From an uncultured Bacteroides sp. (GTDB lineage: Bacteria; Bacillota; Clostridia; Oscillospirales; Ruminococcaceae), in assembly GCA_964371975.1 (NCBI GenBank), contig CAYJPD010000001.1, positions 6,685 to 70,684 of the forward strand: DNA of 64,000 bases, written 5' to 3'. Each line of letters starts with the position of its first letter. Position 1 is the first letter of the stretch. Shown in pieces: positions 19,079 through 29,051 of the stretch. A program made the position numbers and the translations under genes. A model generated the notes under the pieces. The model saw nothing but the letters and a program-made list of their open reading frames with translations. It searched no databases and was not told where the DNA came from.

Positions 19079-21025
19079 TTACAAAACTATTTTTTCGACA
19101 TCGTCACCCGAAAAATGAAACAAGTAAGTATACCCTTCATCTTTCGCTTTTATTTTTGCAGTTTCTATTGAATACTTTTCATCGTGAACCTTGATTTTAT
19201 TTATTCCATATCCGTAGCCATACCTTGCCGATTCCAAGCTATTATGATAGGTTGGAATACCATTTTCGTTATAAAACAACATATTATACGTCTGAATTCC
19301 GGTATATCCTGATATTAGAAATAACAGCTCGTCTCCGTCTGGGTAGAGTTCCCACAGTTTACTTGATTCATCAATAAACACCACCGACTTTTTTTTCTGT
19401 TCCAGTGGAAGACCATCAAGATAAATCAAATTACTTACTATTGGCTCACTCATATGTTTATTGGGACTGAAATGCATGCTTAAAATCCCCATAACCCCAT
19501 CAATAATATTACCTGATTTTATTTTGTCTTTATTCAAATTGTACTCTTGCAAATCAAATGTTGTTGATTGAATAATTTGATTGTTTGTGTCACTAAATGT
19601 GTTTCTAATATAAGAATTTGAGATAAATGAAATTAAAAGAAGTACTATTACAACTTTTGATACTATTCTTATAGTCGCAGTTCTCAAGCAAAAATCGTGT
19701 ATTTTTTTTGGCAAATCATTTGCAATAAAAAACACTAACCCCACAACACCCGGAACTAAAAGAAAATACCCTGCGCTACCACCGGCAATATATAAAAATG
19801 TACCCGGCAAAAACGCAACAATTGTAATAACAAGCAAAGCTTCTTCCATGACATATTTTCTCTCAATTATAAACTTCTTAATACTTGATATATCTTGTAA
19901 TTTATATGCACAAATAATTAATGCAAAGCCAGATAAAAATAAAACATGAAAAAGCTCATTGCCGGGTTGTATGCGCTCTTTAGCAAATGAAAATAACTCA
20001 AATTTAGTAGAACTTACTTGCATAGGCTCATCTGCATTATCAAAAAAACCATTATAATATAAATAAAACAAAATGAATGAAAACGCGTACCATATGTTTA
20101 GCAGCCAATGTTTCAAACTAAATGTGTGCTTTCTAAACACATAGTAGGCAATACCCGTTACTAATATTGCGCCTACAGAAATTTTAGTAAACGCAATAAC
20201 AAAAATAAATAAAGGAACACACAGCAAGCACCAAACGGCTTTACAAGTTTTATTAATATAATTCTTTTCAAATAGCTTGAACTGAATAATAATAACTATC
20301 AGCAAAAGTGAATTTGCTACTAAAAAAGATTCACTTCTGAAGTAATTTCTTATGAAAACACCAGATTCTGAATATGTGTTAATGCTTAAAAATGGTACAA
20401 AATAGATAACAATTGCAAATAAATCAAAATTACGTATAATTCTTGATGAACTGTTTAATACAGACTTTACAGCTATTGAAGCTTTGAAAATCAAAAAAGA
20501 AAATAATGGTATGAACATAATCGGAAACAGATAGTTGTATACAAAAACGATATTGATATCAGTGATTAAAGATATCAAACCCAAAACAAAATGGCTTCCT
20601 GTGTGATAATACAGCGGCGTCACACCACTCGCAAGTATTTGCGGAGAGCCATATTCCAAAAAAGTCCTGGCCATAGTGGCATGAAAAAAAGTATCAATAT
20701 GTATGGCACCATTACTTATAATAGTATATATGTCTAATGTTAGATAGTTACCAAACCAAATTGCATACAGTAGGTATACGGAAAATATTATTAAAAGAAA
20801 AAGAGAAATTATTATTGAAGAAAAATTTATTGCCGTTTTATAAATTGAAATTAAAAAAGCTACAGCCCAAACTGTTGTTATAGCAAAACTAATAGCAATG
20901 ATATTCACATCAAAAATTGAGCCATAGTTAAACAAACTAAAGCAAATAAAACAAAAGAATACAAAGGATATAACTAATCCCGATAAAGTTGGTAGATAGT
21001 TTGAAGAAGGTTTTTTCATATACAT
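19079..21025 (-). CDS. Polytopic membrane protein, probable GT-C glycosyltransferase
   Basis: Many TMs, HIDTFFH and YYHTGSH loop motifs, soluble C-terminal domain; context next to GT2 and the SMR pair. Confidence 0.55.
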   Translation of the reverse strand: MYMKKPSSNYLPTLSGLVISFVFFCFICFSLFNYGSIFDVNIIAISFAITTVWAVAFLISIYKTAINFSSIIISLFLLIIFSVYLLYAIWFGNYLTLDIYTIISNGAIHIDTFFHATMARTFLEYGSPQILASGVTPLYYHTGSHFVLGLISLITDINIVFVYNYLFPIMFIPLFSFLIFKASIAVKSVLNSSSRIIRNFDLFAIVIYFVPFLSINTYSESGVFIRNYFRSESFLVANSLLLIVIIIQFKLFEKNYINKTCKAVWCLLCVPLFIFVIAFTKISVGAILVTGIAYYVFRKHTFSLKHWLLNIWYAFSFILFYLYYNGFFDNADEPMQVSSTKFELFSFAKERIQPGNELFHVLFLSGFALIICAYKLQDISSIKKFIIERKYVMEEALLVITIVAFLPGTFLYIAGGSAGYFLLVPGVVGLVFFIANDLPKKIHDFCLRTATIRIVSKVVIVLLLISFISNSYIRNTFSDTNNQIIQSTTFDLQEYNLNKDKIKSGNIIDGVMGILSMHFSPNKHMSEPIVSNLIYLDGLPLEQKKKSVVFIDESSKLWELYPDGDELLFLISGYTGIQTYNMLFYNENGIPTYHNSLESARYGYGYGINKIKVHDEKYSIETAKIKAKDEGYTYLFHFSGDDVEKIVL

Positions 21026-21066
21026 TCCTTATTTGCTAATAATTAAAAAATTACGCCATATACAAT

Positions 21067-21095
21067 ATATTACAACAATTTATATTTCTATACAA
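21067..21095 (-). promoter_or_regulatory. SigmaA-like promoter inside the repeat-flanked cassette
   Basis: Minus strand TTGTAT-N17-TAATAT. Confidence 0.5.
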
Positions 21096-21174
21096 GTTTA
21101 AATTTTCAATAAAAATTCGTCTTGCGTAAAACTATTTTAACAAAATAGATCTAACTCGTATTATTACATTAAGT

Positions 21175-21217
21175 GTTTTTGCCAATATCATCCCTCTTTC
21201 ATAATAGCATTTATGTT
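21175..21217. repeat. 43-bp perfect direct repeat, copy 2
   Basis: Identical to 14409-14451. Confidence 0.97.
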
Positions 21218-22609
21218 TTTGATAATATTATCGAGCGCGTTTTCTTTCCAGAAATCACCATTTTCACTATTTGAAGCCGCATTATCGTTAAGATTCACAT
21301 CTTGAGGATATTCAACATACTTAGCAAAGCCCTTATCAACTAAAGTTTGCATTCTTTCGCTACCTTCTACTTTAACTAAATATGTTTTTAGACCAAAAGC
21401 AAGTCCTTCATAAATTCCGGTAGAATAAGCACCAATCTGAACATCCGCTTCCAAAAAGCAATCATACAAGGTTTTTTCACTATGGCTTACTATTTCTATT
21501 TTATCTCTATATTTACTTAACTTTTCAAAACATTGCATATTCTCTATATTATCACCGGGGTGCATTTTATAGGTTATCTTAAACTCACCTTCGTAGTTTT
21601 CAATTAGATAGTCATAGAAATCTACCGCAAACTCGCTCAGCCTTTTTGCTATAGTCCATTGAGATATAAAAAGTATACTTACTTTGTGTTCAATACTAAT
21701 TTTTTCTCTTTTTGTACCATTGCCTTCTTTCACTAATTTTTCCAGATGTGGAAATCCTGTAGCAATAACATTTTCATCCGATATCGGAAATTTGGTGGTA
21801 TTGTTCCAAAAGTCTGAATATGTAAATATATAATCTGGCAAGGCAGGTAAGTTTTGCTTTTTCAAAAAATTGTAAGCAATGTGTCCTTCTCCCATTATAC
21901 CATGTTGAAGTTCTATGGTAGGAATTTTCAGTTCTTTAGCCACCTCATTAATAATCATATTGTCTAAAGTATAACTACAAATTTCTAATATTACTTTTGG
22001 TTTAATTGTTTCAAACACTTTTTTAAAATACTTTTCACTAAATTTGCGTCTTATATAGCATTTATAAATTAGGGTGCTAATCATATTATGAGTAATATTA
22101 CATGAATACTTTTCATTTATTTCATTAATTGCGCTTTCAAATTCTTTAGAAAAAGCATCAAACACCTTAGGCTTCTTTACAACAGTTTTATAAATTTCAC
22201 TGTAAACATAAAGCTCCAAACCGTTATAAACATTACTTATTTCGTAATCATTTTTCCTAAAATCAGTAGGTCTTAATTCAAAAACAACAAACGTTTTTTT
22301 TAATGATTTCAAAATTGGTTCTAAATAAACGTTACTATATTTTCCTTGAGAAGTTTTGTGATCAATTTTACATGTAATAAATACATCTCTTCTGTTTTTA
22401 TAATTTCCAAGTGAACTTGTTATTAACTTATTTGCCATTAAGCCAGCTTTTTGTTTGTAACTAATGGGAAGTATAGTATCAATATAGTTTAATTGTCTCT
22501 CAATTTCTCTATATACTCCAAACCTAATATAATGCCAAAAATAAAAATCATTTATTTTTTCATAAAACAAATCATATTTATCTTCAATTACCAAAAATTT
22601 ATTAATCAT
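21188..22609 (-). CDS. GT-B-fold capsular biosynthesis protein, candidate nonulosonate transferase
   Basis: TIELQHG, PDYIFTYSDFW, TGFP, YKMHP, YSTGIYEGL; probable start MINKFL. Confidence 0.65.
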   Translation of the reverse strand: MINKFLVIEDKYDLFYEKINDFYFWHYIRFGVYREIERQLNYIDTILPISYKQKAGLMANKLITSSLGNYKNRRDVFITCKIDHKTSQGKYSNVYLEPILKSLKKTFVVFELRPTDFRKNDYEISNVYNGLELYVYSEIYKTVVKKPKVFDAFSKEFESAINEINEKYSCNITHNMISTLIYKCYIRRKFSEKYFKKVFETIKPKVILEICSYTLDNMIINEVAKELKIPTIELQHGIMGEGHIAYNFLKKQNLPALPDYIFTYSDFWNNTTKFPISDENVIATGFPHLEKLVKEGNGTKREKISIEHKVSILFISQWTIAKRLSEFAVDFYDYLIENYEGEFKITYKMHPGDNIENMQCFEKLSKYRDKIEIVSHSEKTLYDCFLEADVQIGAYSTGIYEGLAFGLKTYLVKVEGSERMQTLVDKGFAKYVEYPQDVNLNDNAASNSENGDFWKENALDNIIKNINAIMKEG

Positions 22610-22761
22610 AGCATTTCCTATCTGACAAAACAGTTCATTTATTGCGCACAATAATATAAAATATACTACACCACTATAATTTTCAAAAAACCTTTTCAAT
22701 AATGCTAAAACTAATTCTTTCTAATGTTATTCACATTCTAACAAAACATTCATAAATTATT

Positions 22762-23832
22762 TTAGTCTTTAATACTCATTATAAAATCTGTGCATTTAAC
22801 ATTTCCAAGCGGCAGCTCAACAGCTTTTTTATCAAAGCTTGATTTATAAATAGCCAATATCATCTCAACCGCTCTTTTGCCGGCATATGCATCAATATAA
22901 GGCTTTTCATCTGTTTTAATAGCATTTATAAAATCTTCCCAAACAGAGGTATGCCCATTCCCATAAACATTTTCTGTTTTTTCATCAAACCCTGCATTAT
23001 TTTCATCTTGGCTTTCAAAGTCCCATACATCTATAGTATTCATACTTTTTCCGCCAAGTTTTACTGTTCCTTTTTCTCCGAATATGTAAAGTGTTCCCTC
23101 TAAATTTTGTGGGTATACATTTGTGGTTCCCTCAATTATTCCCGTTGCACCATTTGCAAAATTAACAATTGCGGCCCCTAAATCTTCGCACTCTAAATAA
23201 TCGTGAAAAACTTGTTTAGTTTTACCGTATACTTCTGTCACTTCATCGCCCATCATCCAGCGAAGCAAATCTATGCCGTGTATACACTGATTCATAAGTG
23301 CTCCGCCGTCTTGCTCCCACGTGCCGCGCCATGGTGCCTGAGTGTAATAATCTTTGCCTCTATTCCAGCGCACATGAACCGTAGCGTGCGATATTTTGCC
23401 AAAGCTACCATCTTCTATTTTTTTACGCAATTTTTGCACAGATATATTAAACCTATTTTGATGGCATGCACACACTTTCACGCCCTTTTCTTCTGATAAC
23501 TCAATAATTTTATCGCAATCTTCAATGCTCATTGCCATAGGTTTTTCAATTATAATGTTAATACCATTATCTATACAATACAGTGCAATTTCAGCATGAT
23601 TTCCGCTCTCGGTAGCGATAGAAATAAAATCAAACTCATTTTCTTTTATCATTTCTTTATAATCTACATAACGTTTTATTGATTCATCATTTTGCAGATT
23701 GTGCTTTGACAAAAGAGCATGTATATTCTCTTTTACTATATCACATACAGCAACAATCTGTACATTGTTATCAATGCACGCTTTCATATGGTTTGTTGCT
23801 ATTCTACCGCATCCTATTAGTGCGTATTTCAT
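22762..23832 (-). CDS. Gfo/Idh/MocA oxidoreductase (WbpB-like UDP-GlcNAcA 3-dehydrogenase)
   Basis: IGCGRIA, IEKPMA, QNRFN, WRGTWEQDGGALMNQCIH. Confidence 0.88.
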   Translation of the reverse strand: MKYALIGCGRIATNHMKACIDNNVQIVAVCDIVKENIHALLSKHNLQNDESIKRYVDYKEMIKENEFDFISIATESGNHAEIALYCIDNGINIIIEKPMAMSIEDCDKIIELSEEKGVKVCACHQNRFNISVQKLRKKIEDGSFGKISHATVHVRWNRGKDYYTQAPWRGTWEQDGGALMNQCIHGIDLLRWMMGDEVTEVYGKTKQVFHDYLECEDLGAAIVNFANGATGIIEGTTNVYPQNLEGTLYIFGEKGTVKLGGKSMNTIDVWDFESQDENNAGFDEKTENVYGNGHTSVWEDFINAIKTDEKPYIDAYAGKRAVEMILAIYKSSFDKKAVELPLGNVKCTDFIMSIKD

Positions 23833-23834
23833 TT

Positions 23835-23999
23835 GATGAAATCCCCTTATATAAATTTATTATTTTATTATCCAAATTAAATTTTTCCTCAATTGCTTTT
23901 CTTCCGTTAACTTCCATTCGATTTGCTACTTTTGCATTTTAAAAATAATATTCTTACATCTTGGCTTTTATGAGCAGATGTTAAATGACAAACTTTCAC
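23835..23999 (-). pseudogene. Collapsed GT4 glycosyltransferase scar (N- and C-termini only)
   Basis: RBS + GTG gives MKVCHLTSAHKSQDVRI; another frame gives NRMEVNGRKAIEEKFN..KIINLY, typical GT4 termini. Confidence 0.8.
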
Positions 24000-24019
24000 T
24001 TTTTAATCCTCTTGCTAAT

Positions 24020-24595
24020 CTATTTTTTCTTATGAGTGACTTCATTAAGCACAAAAACATATTCTTTTTCACAATAAGCACATTGTGCTTTATTGTCATT
24101 AAACATAATTTTATTCCCACATTCGCACACATAGCCGATTATTCTTGATGGGTTGCCCACCACAACAGAATAATCCGGAACATTTTTTGTAACCACCGCA
24201 CCTGCTCCAACTATAGCAAATGAGCCAACTGTATTACCACAAACTATTGTAGCATTTGCACCGATACTGGCACCTTTTTTGATTATGGTATTTTTAAATT
24301 CATCTTTTCTCTCTATAAATGCCCTCGGATTTATAACGTTAGTAAATACACAAGACGGTCCTAAAAAAACCCCATCTTCTATAATTACCCCACCATAAAG
24401 TGAAACATTATTTTGTATTTTCACTCCATTACCAATCTTTACTGTCGGAGAAACTAAAACATTTTGACCTATGTTACAATTTTTTCCTATTATGCAACCA
24501 GACATTATATGACTAAAATGCCATATTTTTGTATAATCTCCTATTTCACACCCATCATCTACATAACTACTTTTGTGCACAAAATAATTGTTCAT
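24020..24595 (-). CDS. Hexapeptide-repeat N-acetyltransferase (WbpD-like)
   Basis: [43 protein letters not shown]. Confidence 0.92.
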   Translation of the reverse strand: MNNYFVHKSSYVDDGCEIGDYTKIWHFSHIMSGCIIGKNCNIGQNVLVSPTVKIGNGVKIQNNVSLYGGVIIEDGVFLGPSCVFTNVINPRAFIERKDEFKNTIIKKGASIGANATIVCGNTVGSFAIVGAGAVVTKNVPDYSVVVGNPSRIIGYVCECGNKIMFNDNKAQCAYCEKEYVFVLNEVTHKKK

Positions 24596-25716
24596 ATAAC
24601 CTCCAATACAGTTTTAATAATATATTGTTGATCTTCTTCACTTAAGTATGGATGAAATGGCAAACTAAATGTTCTACTGCAATAGTTTGTTGATGCTTCA
24701 AAACTTTCTTCTAAATATATATTACCTTCAAAAACTTTTAAAAGGTGTTGAGGAGTTGGATAATAAATCATATTAGGAATATTTTTATTGCTTAAATGTT
24801 TCAGTATATAATCTCGCTGTGATCTGCTATCCGCAAGTAAAGCATATTGGGCATACACAGATATACCGCCATCCAAAACAAATGGAGTAATGAGTTTATT
24901 TTTAAAAGCATCGTTGTATCGCATTGCAATTTGTTGTCTGTTTTCCAATTCATAGTTTTGAAGCGCTTTAAGTTTCACTTTTAAAATAGCAGCTTGAATG
25001 GTATCCAATCGAGAGTTAACTCCAATTCTAATATTATCGTATTTTGATGTTCCTTTACCGTGAACTTTCAAAGATCGAAATTTCTGTGCCAGGTTGTCGT
25101 CATTTGTAAATACTGCACCTCCATCTCCGTAGCAACCTAATGGCTTTGCTGGAAAAAATGAAGTTGTAGAAACATTTCCAAAATTTCCACATTTAACACC
25201 TTTGTATGAAGCACCAATACTTTGTGCCGCATCTTCAATTAGTAACAAATTATATTTATTGCAAACATCTTGAATTTTATCATAATTACATGGGTTTCCG
25301 AGAAAATCAACAGCAACAACAGCTTTTGGTGTATGCTTACCCAACGACAAAACATTTTTTATTTGTTTTTCCAATGATTCTGCACAGATATTATAAGTAT
25401 CATTTTCTATATCACAAAAAACAGGTGTAGCTCCTAACATACAAGCAGGTTCAATGCTTGCAATAAATGTAATATTAGGTGCAAACACCGCATCACCACG
25501 GCCTATATCATTAGCCATAAAAACCAATTGCAGTGCATCTGTTCCATTGGCACAAGAAATGCAGTGCTTTACACCAATAAACTCAGACATCATATTTTCA
25601 AATTCAGAAACCTCTTTACCCATTATATATTGGCCATGTTCAAGGACTTGGCTAATCGTTGTATCAATTTCTTTTTTATGAACACTATACTGTGCTTTTA
25701 AATCGATAAATTGCAT
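24592..25716 (-). CDS. DegT/DnrJ aminotransferase (WbpE-like)
   Basis: [48 protein letters not shown]. Confidence 0.92.
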   Translation of the reverse strand: MQFIDLKAQYSVHKKEIDTTISQVLEHGQYIMGKEVSEFENMMSEFIGVKHCISCANGTDALQLVFMANDIGRGDAVFAPNITFIASIEPACMLGATPVFCDIENDTYNICAESLEKQIKNVLSLGKHTPKAVVAVDFLGNPCNYDKIQDVCNKYNLLLIEDAAQSIGASYKGVKCGNFGNVSTTSFFPAKPLGCYGDGGAVFTNDDNLAQKFRSLKVHGKGTSKYDNIRIGVNSRLDTIQAAILKVKLKALQNYELENRQQIAMRYNDAFKNKLITPFVLDGGISVYAQYALLADSRSQRDYILKHLSNKNIPNMIYYPTPQHLLKVFEGNIYLEESFEASTNYCSRTFSLPFHPYLSEEDQQYIIKTVLEVI

Positions 25717-25727
25717 TTTACACCTCA

Positions 25728-26894
25728 TTAATCACGTGAGAATATATCTCTTGAGTAAACCTTATACTCAACATCTTTTAAATCTGAGGAAACCCTATTT
25801 GCTATTATCAAATCACTTGTTTTTTTAAAATCATCAAAATTCTTGATAACATCAACACCCATAAAACTATCAACATTTAGGCTTGGCTCATAAATAACTA
25901 ATGAGACTTCCGATATTGATAAGCTTTTGATTATTCCTAAAATTGAAGATTGTCTGAAATTGTCAGTTTCACTTTTTGCAATCAACCTATAAACACCAAC
26001 CACGCCTGCATTTTTGTTTTTAATTTGATTAACTAAGTGGTTTTTTCTGGTTTCATTTGCTGCTACTATAGCCGTGATAATATCATTTGGAATATTTGCA
26101 AAATTTGACTTCAATTGTTTAGTGTCCTTAGGCAAACAATACCCACCATAACCAAAAGACGGGTTATTATAATTATGGCCTATTCTAGGGTCTAAACATA
26201 TTCCTTCAATAATCTGTTTTGTATTAAGATCTTTTAACTCTGCATAAGTGTCAAGTTCATTAAAAAAAGCCACCCGCATAGCAAGATAAGTATTTGCAAA
26301 CAACTTAATAGACTCAGCTTCTATAGTATTTGTAAAGACCAACGGTATATCAGGTGAAATTGCACATTCTGACAGTATTTGCGCAAATTTTTTTGCTCTT
26401 TCGCAATTTCCGCCTATCACTATTCTGGAAGGGTACAGGTTATCCTTTAAAGCGTTACCTTCTCTTAAAAATTCAGGCGAGAAAAAAATATCCTCTTTTT
26501 TAAAGCATTTTCTTGCCTTATCAACATATCCTATAGGAATAGTTGACCTTATAATTATTGTTGCGAGAGGATTAACTCTCAGCACTAAATCTATAGTTTC
26601 ATCTACTGAATCTGTATTTAAAAATTTTGTCACATCGTTATAATCTGTTGGAGTGCAAATTATAACATAATCAGCATTTTTAAATGCTTCAGCTTTATCC
26701 ATTGTTGCCGTCAAATTTAGTTGCTTGCTTTTGAGATAATCTTCAATATATTTATCAGATATTGGCGACTGTTTGTTATTTATTAATGAAACTTTTTCTT
26801 CTACAATATCCACAAGTGTCACTTTGTGTTTTAATGAAAGTAATATTGCATTAGAAAGTCCTACATATCCTGCACCCACTACAGTTAAATTCAT
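25728..26894 (-). CDS. ugd: UDP-glucose 6-dehydrogenase
   Basis: GAGYVGLS, SPEFLREG, KLFANTYLAMRV, NPSFGYGGYCLPKD, YSRDIF. Confidence 0.93.
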   Translation of the reverse strand: MNLTVVGAGYVGLSNAILLSLKHKVTLVDIVEEKVSLINNKQSPISDKYIEDYLKSKQLNLTATMDKAEAFKNADYVIICTPTDYNDVTKFLNTDSVDETIDLVLRVNPLATIIIRSTIPIGYVDKARKCFKKEDIFFSPEFLREGNALKDNLYPSRIVIGGNCERAKKFAQILSECAISPDIPLVFTNTIEAESIKLFANTYLAMRVAFFNELDTYAELKDLNTKQIIEGICLDPRIGHNYNNPSFGYGGYCLPKDTKQLKSNFANIPNDIITAIVAANETRKNHLVNQIKNKNAGVVGVYRLIAKSETDNFRQSSILGIIKSLSISEVSLVIYEPSLNVDSFMGVDVIKNFDDFKKTSDLIIANRVSSDLKDVEYKVYSRDIFSRD

Positions 26895-26980
26895 TAATAA
26901 ATTCCCCTTTAAAATGTTCATAATAATTATTTTTAAATTATTTCAAAACACACGAATGTGTTAATACATAATGTTTGCAA

Positions 26981-28228
26981 TTACTTCTCCAATAAATTAT
27001 TTATAACTTTTATTAATTTGCCCGATAGAAAATCTATATCGTAATACACAGCTGTTTTTCTTGCATTAGCACACATTAATTCACGCATTTTCTTATCCAT
27101 ATTATACATTTTAATTATTGCATCTGCAATTTCATTTGCATTCTGATTATCAATAGTTCTTCCTATTTTATGTTTGTTAATGTCATCATAGTTTGTGTTA
27201 ATTGTGCTTAAAATTGGTTTCCCTGATGCCAAATAATCAAAAAATTTATTTTGGCTTGTTCCATATATGTATATATCATTGTTTTCATAATGTAAAATAT
27301 TTAAGTCAGACTTTGACAATATATTAGGAATGTATTTTTTTTCAACCCTTCCTTTAAAAACGACATTATTAATATTTTCACTAACAACACGTTTTTTTAA
27401 CTTGTTACTCTCATTTCCTTCACCCCAAACAAGAATTTTAATGCATGAAATATTAATTAGTTTTGCTGCGTCTAATAACATTCCCAGATTATTTACTCTT
27501 CTAATACTGCCTACATAAACAACTTTAAAAAAATCTCCGTCCAAATCAATATCGTTACAAAAATAGTTCATACTATTATAATCAAATTCTTGCAAATCAA
27601 CACCATTATTCACATTAAAAACTTTCGCTAAATCTATTTCATTATCCCAATTTTTATCTTTTATATAATCAATTCCACCCGGCATAGTAAAAATCACTGC
27701 ATCAGCTTTTTTATACAACCATTTTTCACCTGTATACAACAATTTTATCAGAGGATGATTTTTTGAAAAACGTTTTGAATATGCAACGATACTTTCAGGC
27801 CAAAGATCTCTAACTTCAAGTATACAAGGAATTTTTAATTTTTTCGCAACATTAAGCCCTGCAATCATTGAAAGAGGATGAGGACTACTTGCCAAAATAA
27901 TATCCGGTTTCCCATTTTGCTTAGCATATTTTTTCGCAACAGAAATCACATTAAACATATACGAAAACATGCTTAATACTCGCTTTACTCCATTACTTGC
28001 ATATTTAATTATGCGAACATAAATAAAATCCACACCTTCTTCGTTTTTTTCAACAAACTTGCCATTAGGTGTTTCTATATTTTCCCAAGTATAATGATTA
28101 TAGGCAGAAGTGAAAATTTTTGTTTCAAAGCCTTTTTTATTAAGTTGTTTGCAGAAATCGTAGGGACGTGTCAAAGCTCCCCCGCTTGGCGTGCTCGCCG
28201 CCGTATGAAAATACCAGAATTTTCTCAT
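26981..28228 (-). CDS. GT4 glycosyltransferase (WbuB-like)
   Basis: ASSPHP, EVRDLWPES, NGVD, NKFFDYLASGKP. Confidence 0.92.
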   Translation of the reverse strand: MRKFWYFHTAASTPSGGALTRPYDFCKQLNKKGFETKIFTSAYNHYTWENIETPNGKFVEKNEEGVDFIYVRIIKYASNGVKRVLSMFSYMFNVISVAKKYAKQNGKPDIILASSPHPLSMIAGLNVAKKLKIPCILEVRDLWPESIVAYSKRFSKNHPLIKLLYTGEKWLYKKADAVIFTMPGGIDYIKDKNWDNEIDLAKVFNVNNGVDLQEFDYNSMNYFCNDIDLDGDFFKVVYVGSIRRVNNLGMLLDAAKLINISCIKILVWGEGNESNKLKKRVVSENINNVVFKGRVEKKYIPNILSKSDLNILHYENNDIYIYGTSQNKFFDYLASGKPILSTINTNYDDINKHKIGRTIDNQNANEIADAIIKMYNMDKKMRELMCANARKTAVYYDIDFLSGKLIKVINNLLEK

Positions 28229-28290
28229 TTGTTTCTCCAGTTAAATATTTTTTGCATTCAAAAATTTCACTTTAGATCTCTAATTATTTT

Positions 28291-28824
28291 TCATATTTTA
28301 TCCTTCAAAAAAGCATCAATAATAACATTTTGCTCTTACCTCTTCAAACAAGGGTCCATCGAAAGGGTTGTTGTCCTATAATAATCCTTAAATTATATTT
28401 TTCGAAAATTTGCATTATATCATTGTAATTAACTTGGAATATGCAAACCTTTTTCTTTCACTTCAATTATTCTATTTTCAAGTGACTTCGGGCATAAATT
28501 ATATGTGTGCTTATCTATATCACAAAAAACAGGCGTTGCACCTAACATACACGCCGGTTCAACACTTGCTATAAAAGTTATGTCGGGGCAAAAAACTGCA
28601 TCTCCCTTACCTATATTGTAATACATAAACGCCATTTGCAGTGCGTCTGTTCCGTTGGCACATGTTATGCAGTGTTTTACACCTACAAATTCTGCCAACT
28701 GCTGTTCAAGCTCACTAACTTGCTTACCCATTATGTATTGCCCGTTATCTACGACCATTTTAATCGCATTATCAATTTCATTTTTTACGCTCTGATATTG
28801 CGTTTTTAAATCTATAAACTGCAT
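28291..28824 (-). pseudogene. Internally deleted paralog of the DegT aminotransferase
   Basis: 131-aa N-terminus similar to 24592-25716, then frameshifted NYNDIMQIFEKYNL and C-terminal RTTTLSMDPCLKR*EQNVIIDAFL matching the intact [24 protein letters not shown]. Confidence 0.88.
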
Positions 28825-28860
28825 TTAATCTCCTGTTGTTATTGTTTTATATGCTTATAT

Positions 28861-28889
28861 ATTTTACCATATAATACAAATCAGGTCAA
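28861..28889 (-). promoter_or_regulatory. SigmaA promoter of the leftward glycan operon
   Basis: Minus strand TTGACC-N17-TAAAAT with TG. Confidence 0.65.
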
Positions 28890-28969
28890 CAAAGGAATAC
28901 TACATATATTTCTTTTTGTTAAGACATAACTATACCGTATAAATCCTAAAAATACACTTCACAAAATAT

Positions 28970-28999
28970 TTGACAACAAGTTAAATTGCATGTTATAAT
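28970..28999 (+). promoter_or_regulatory. SigmaA promoter of the sugar transferase operon
   Basis: TTGACA-N18-TATAAT with extended TG. Confidence 0.7.
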
Positions 29000-29051
29000 T
29001 TTTTACAATTACTTGTATTTTCACTTAAAATAACACGGAGCAAAAGAGATT

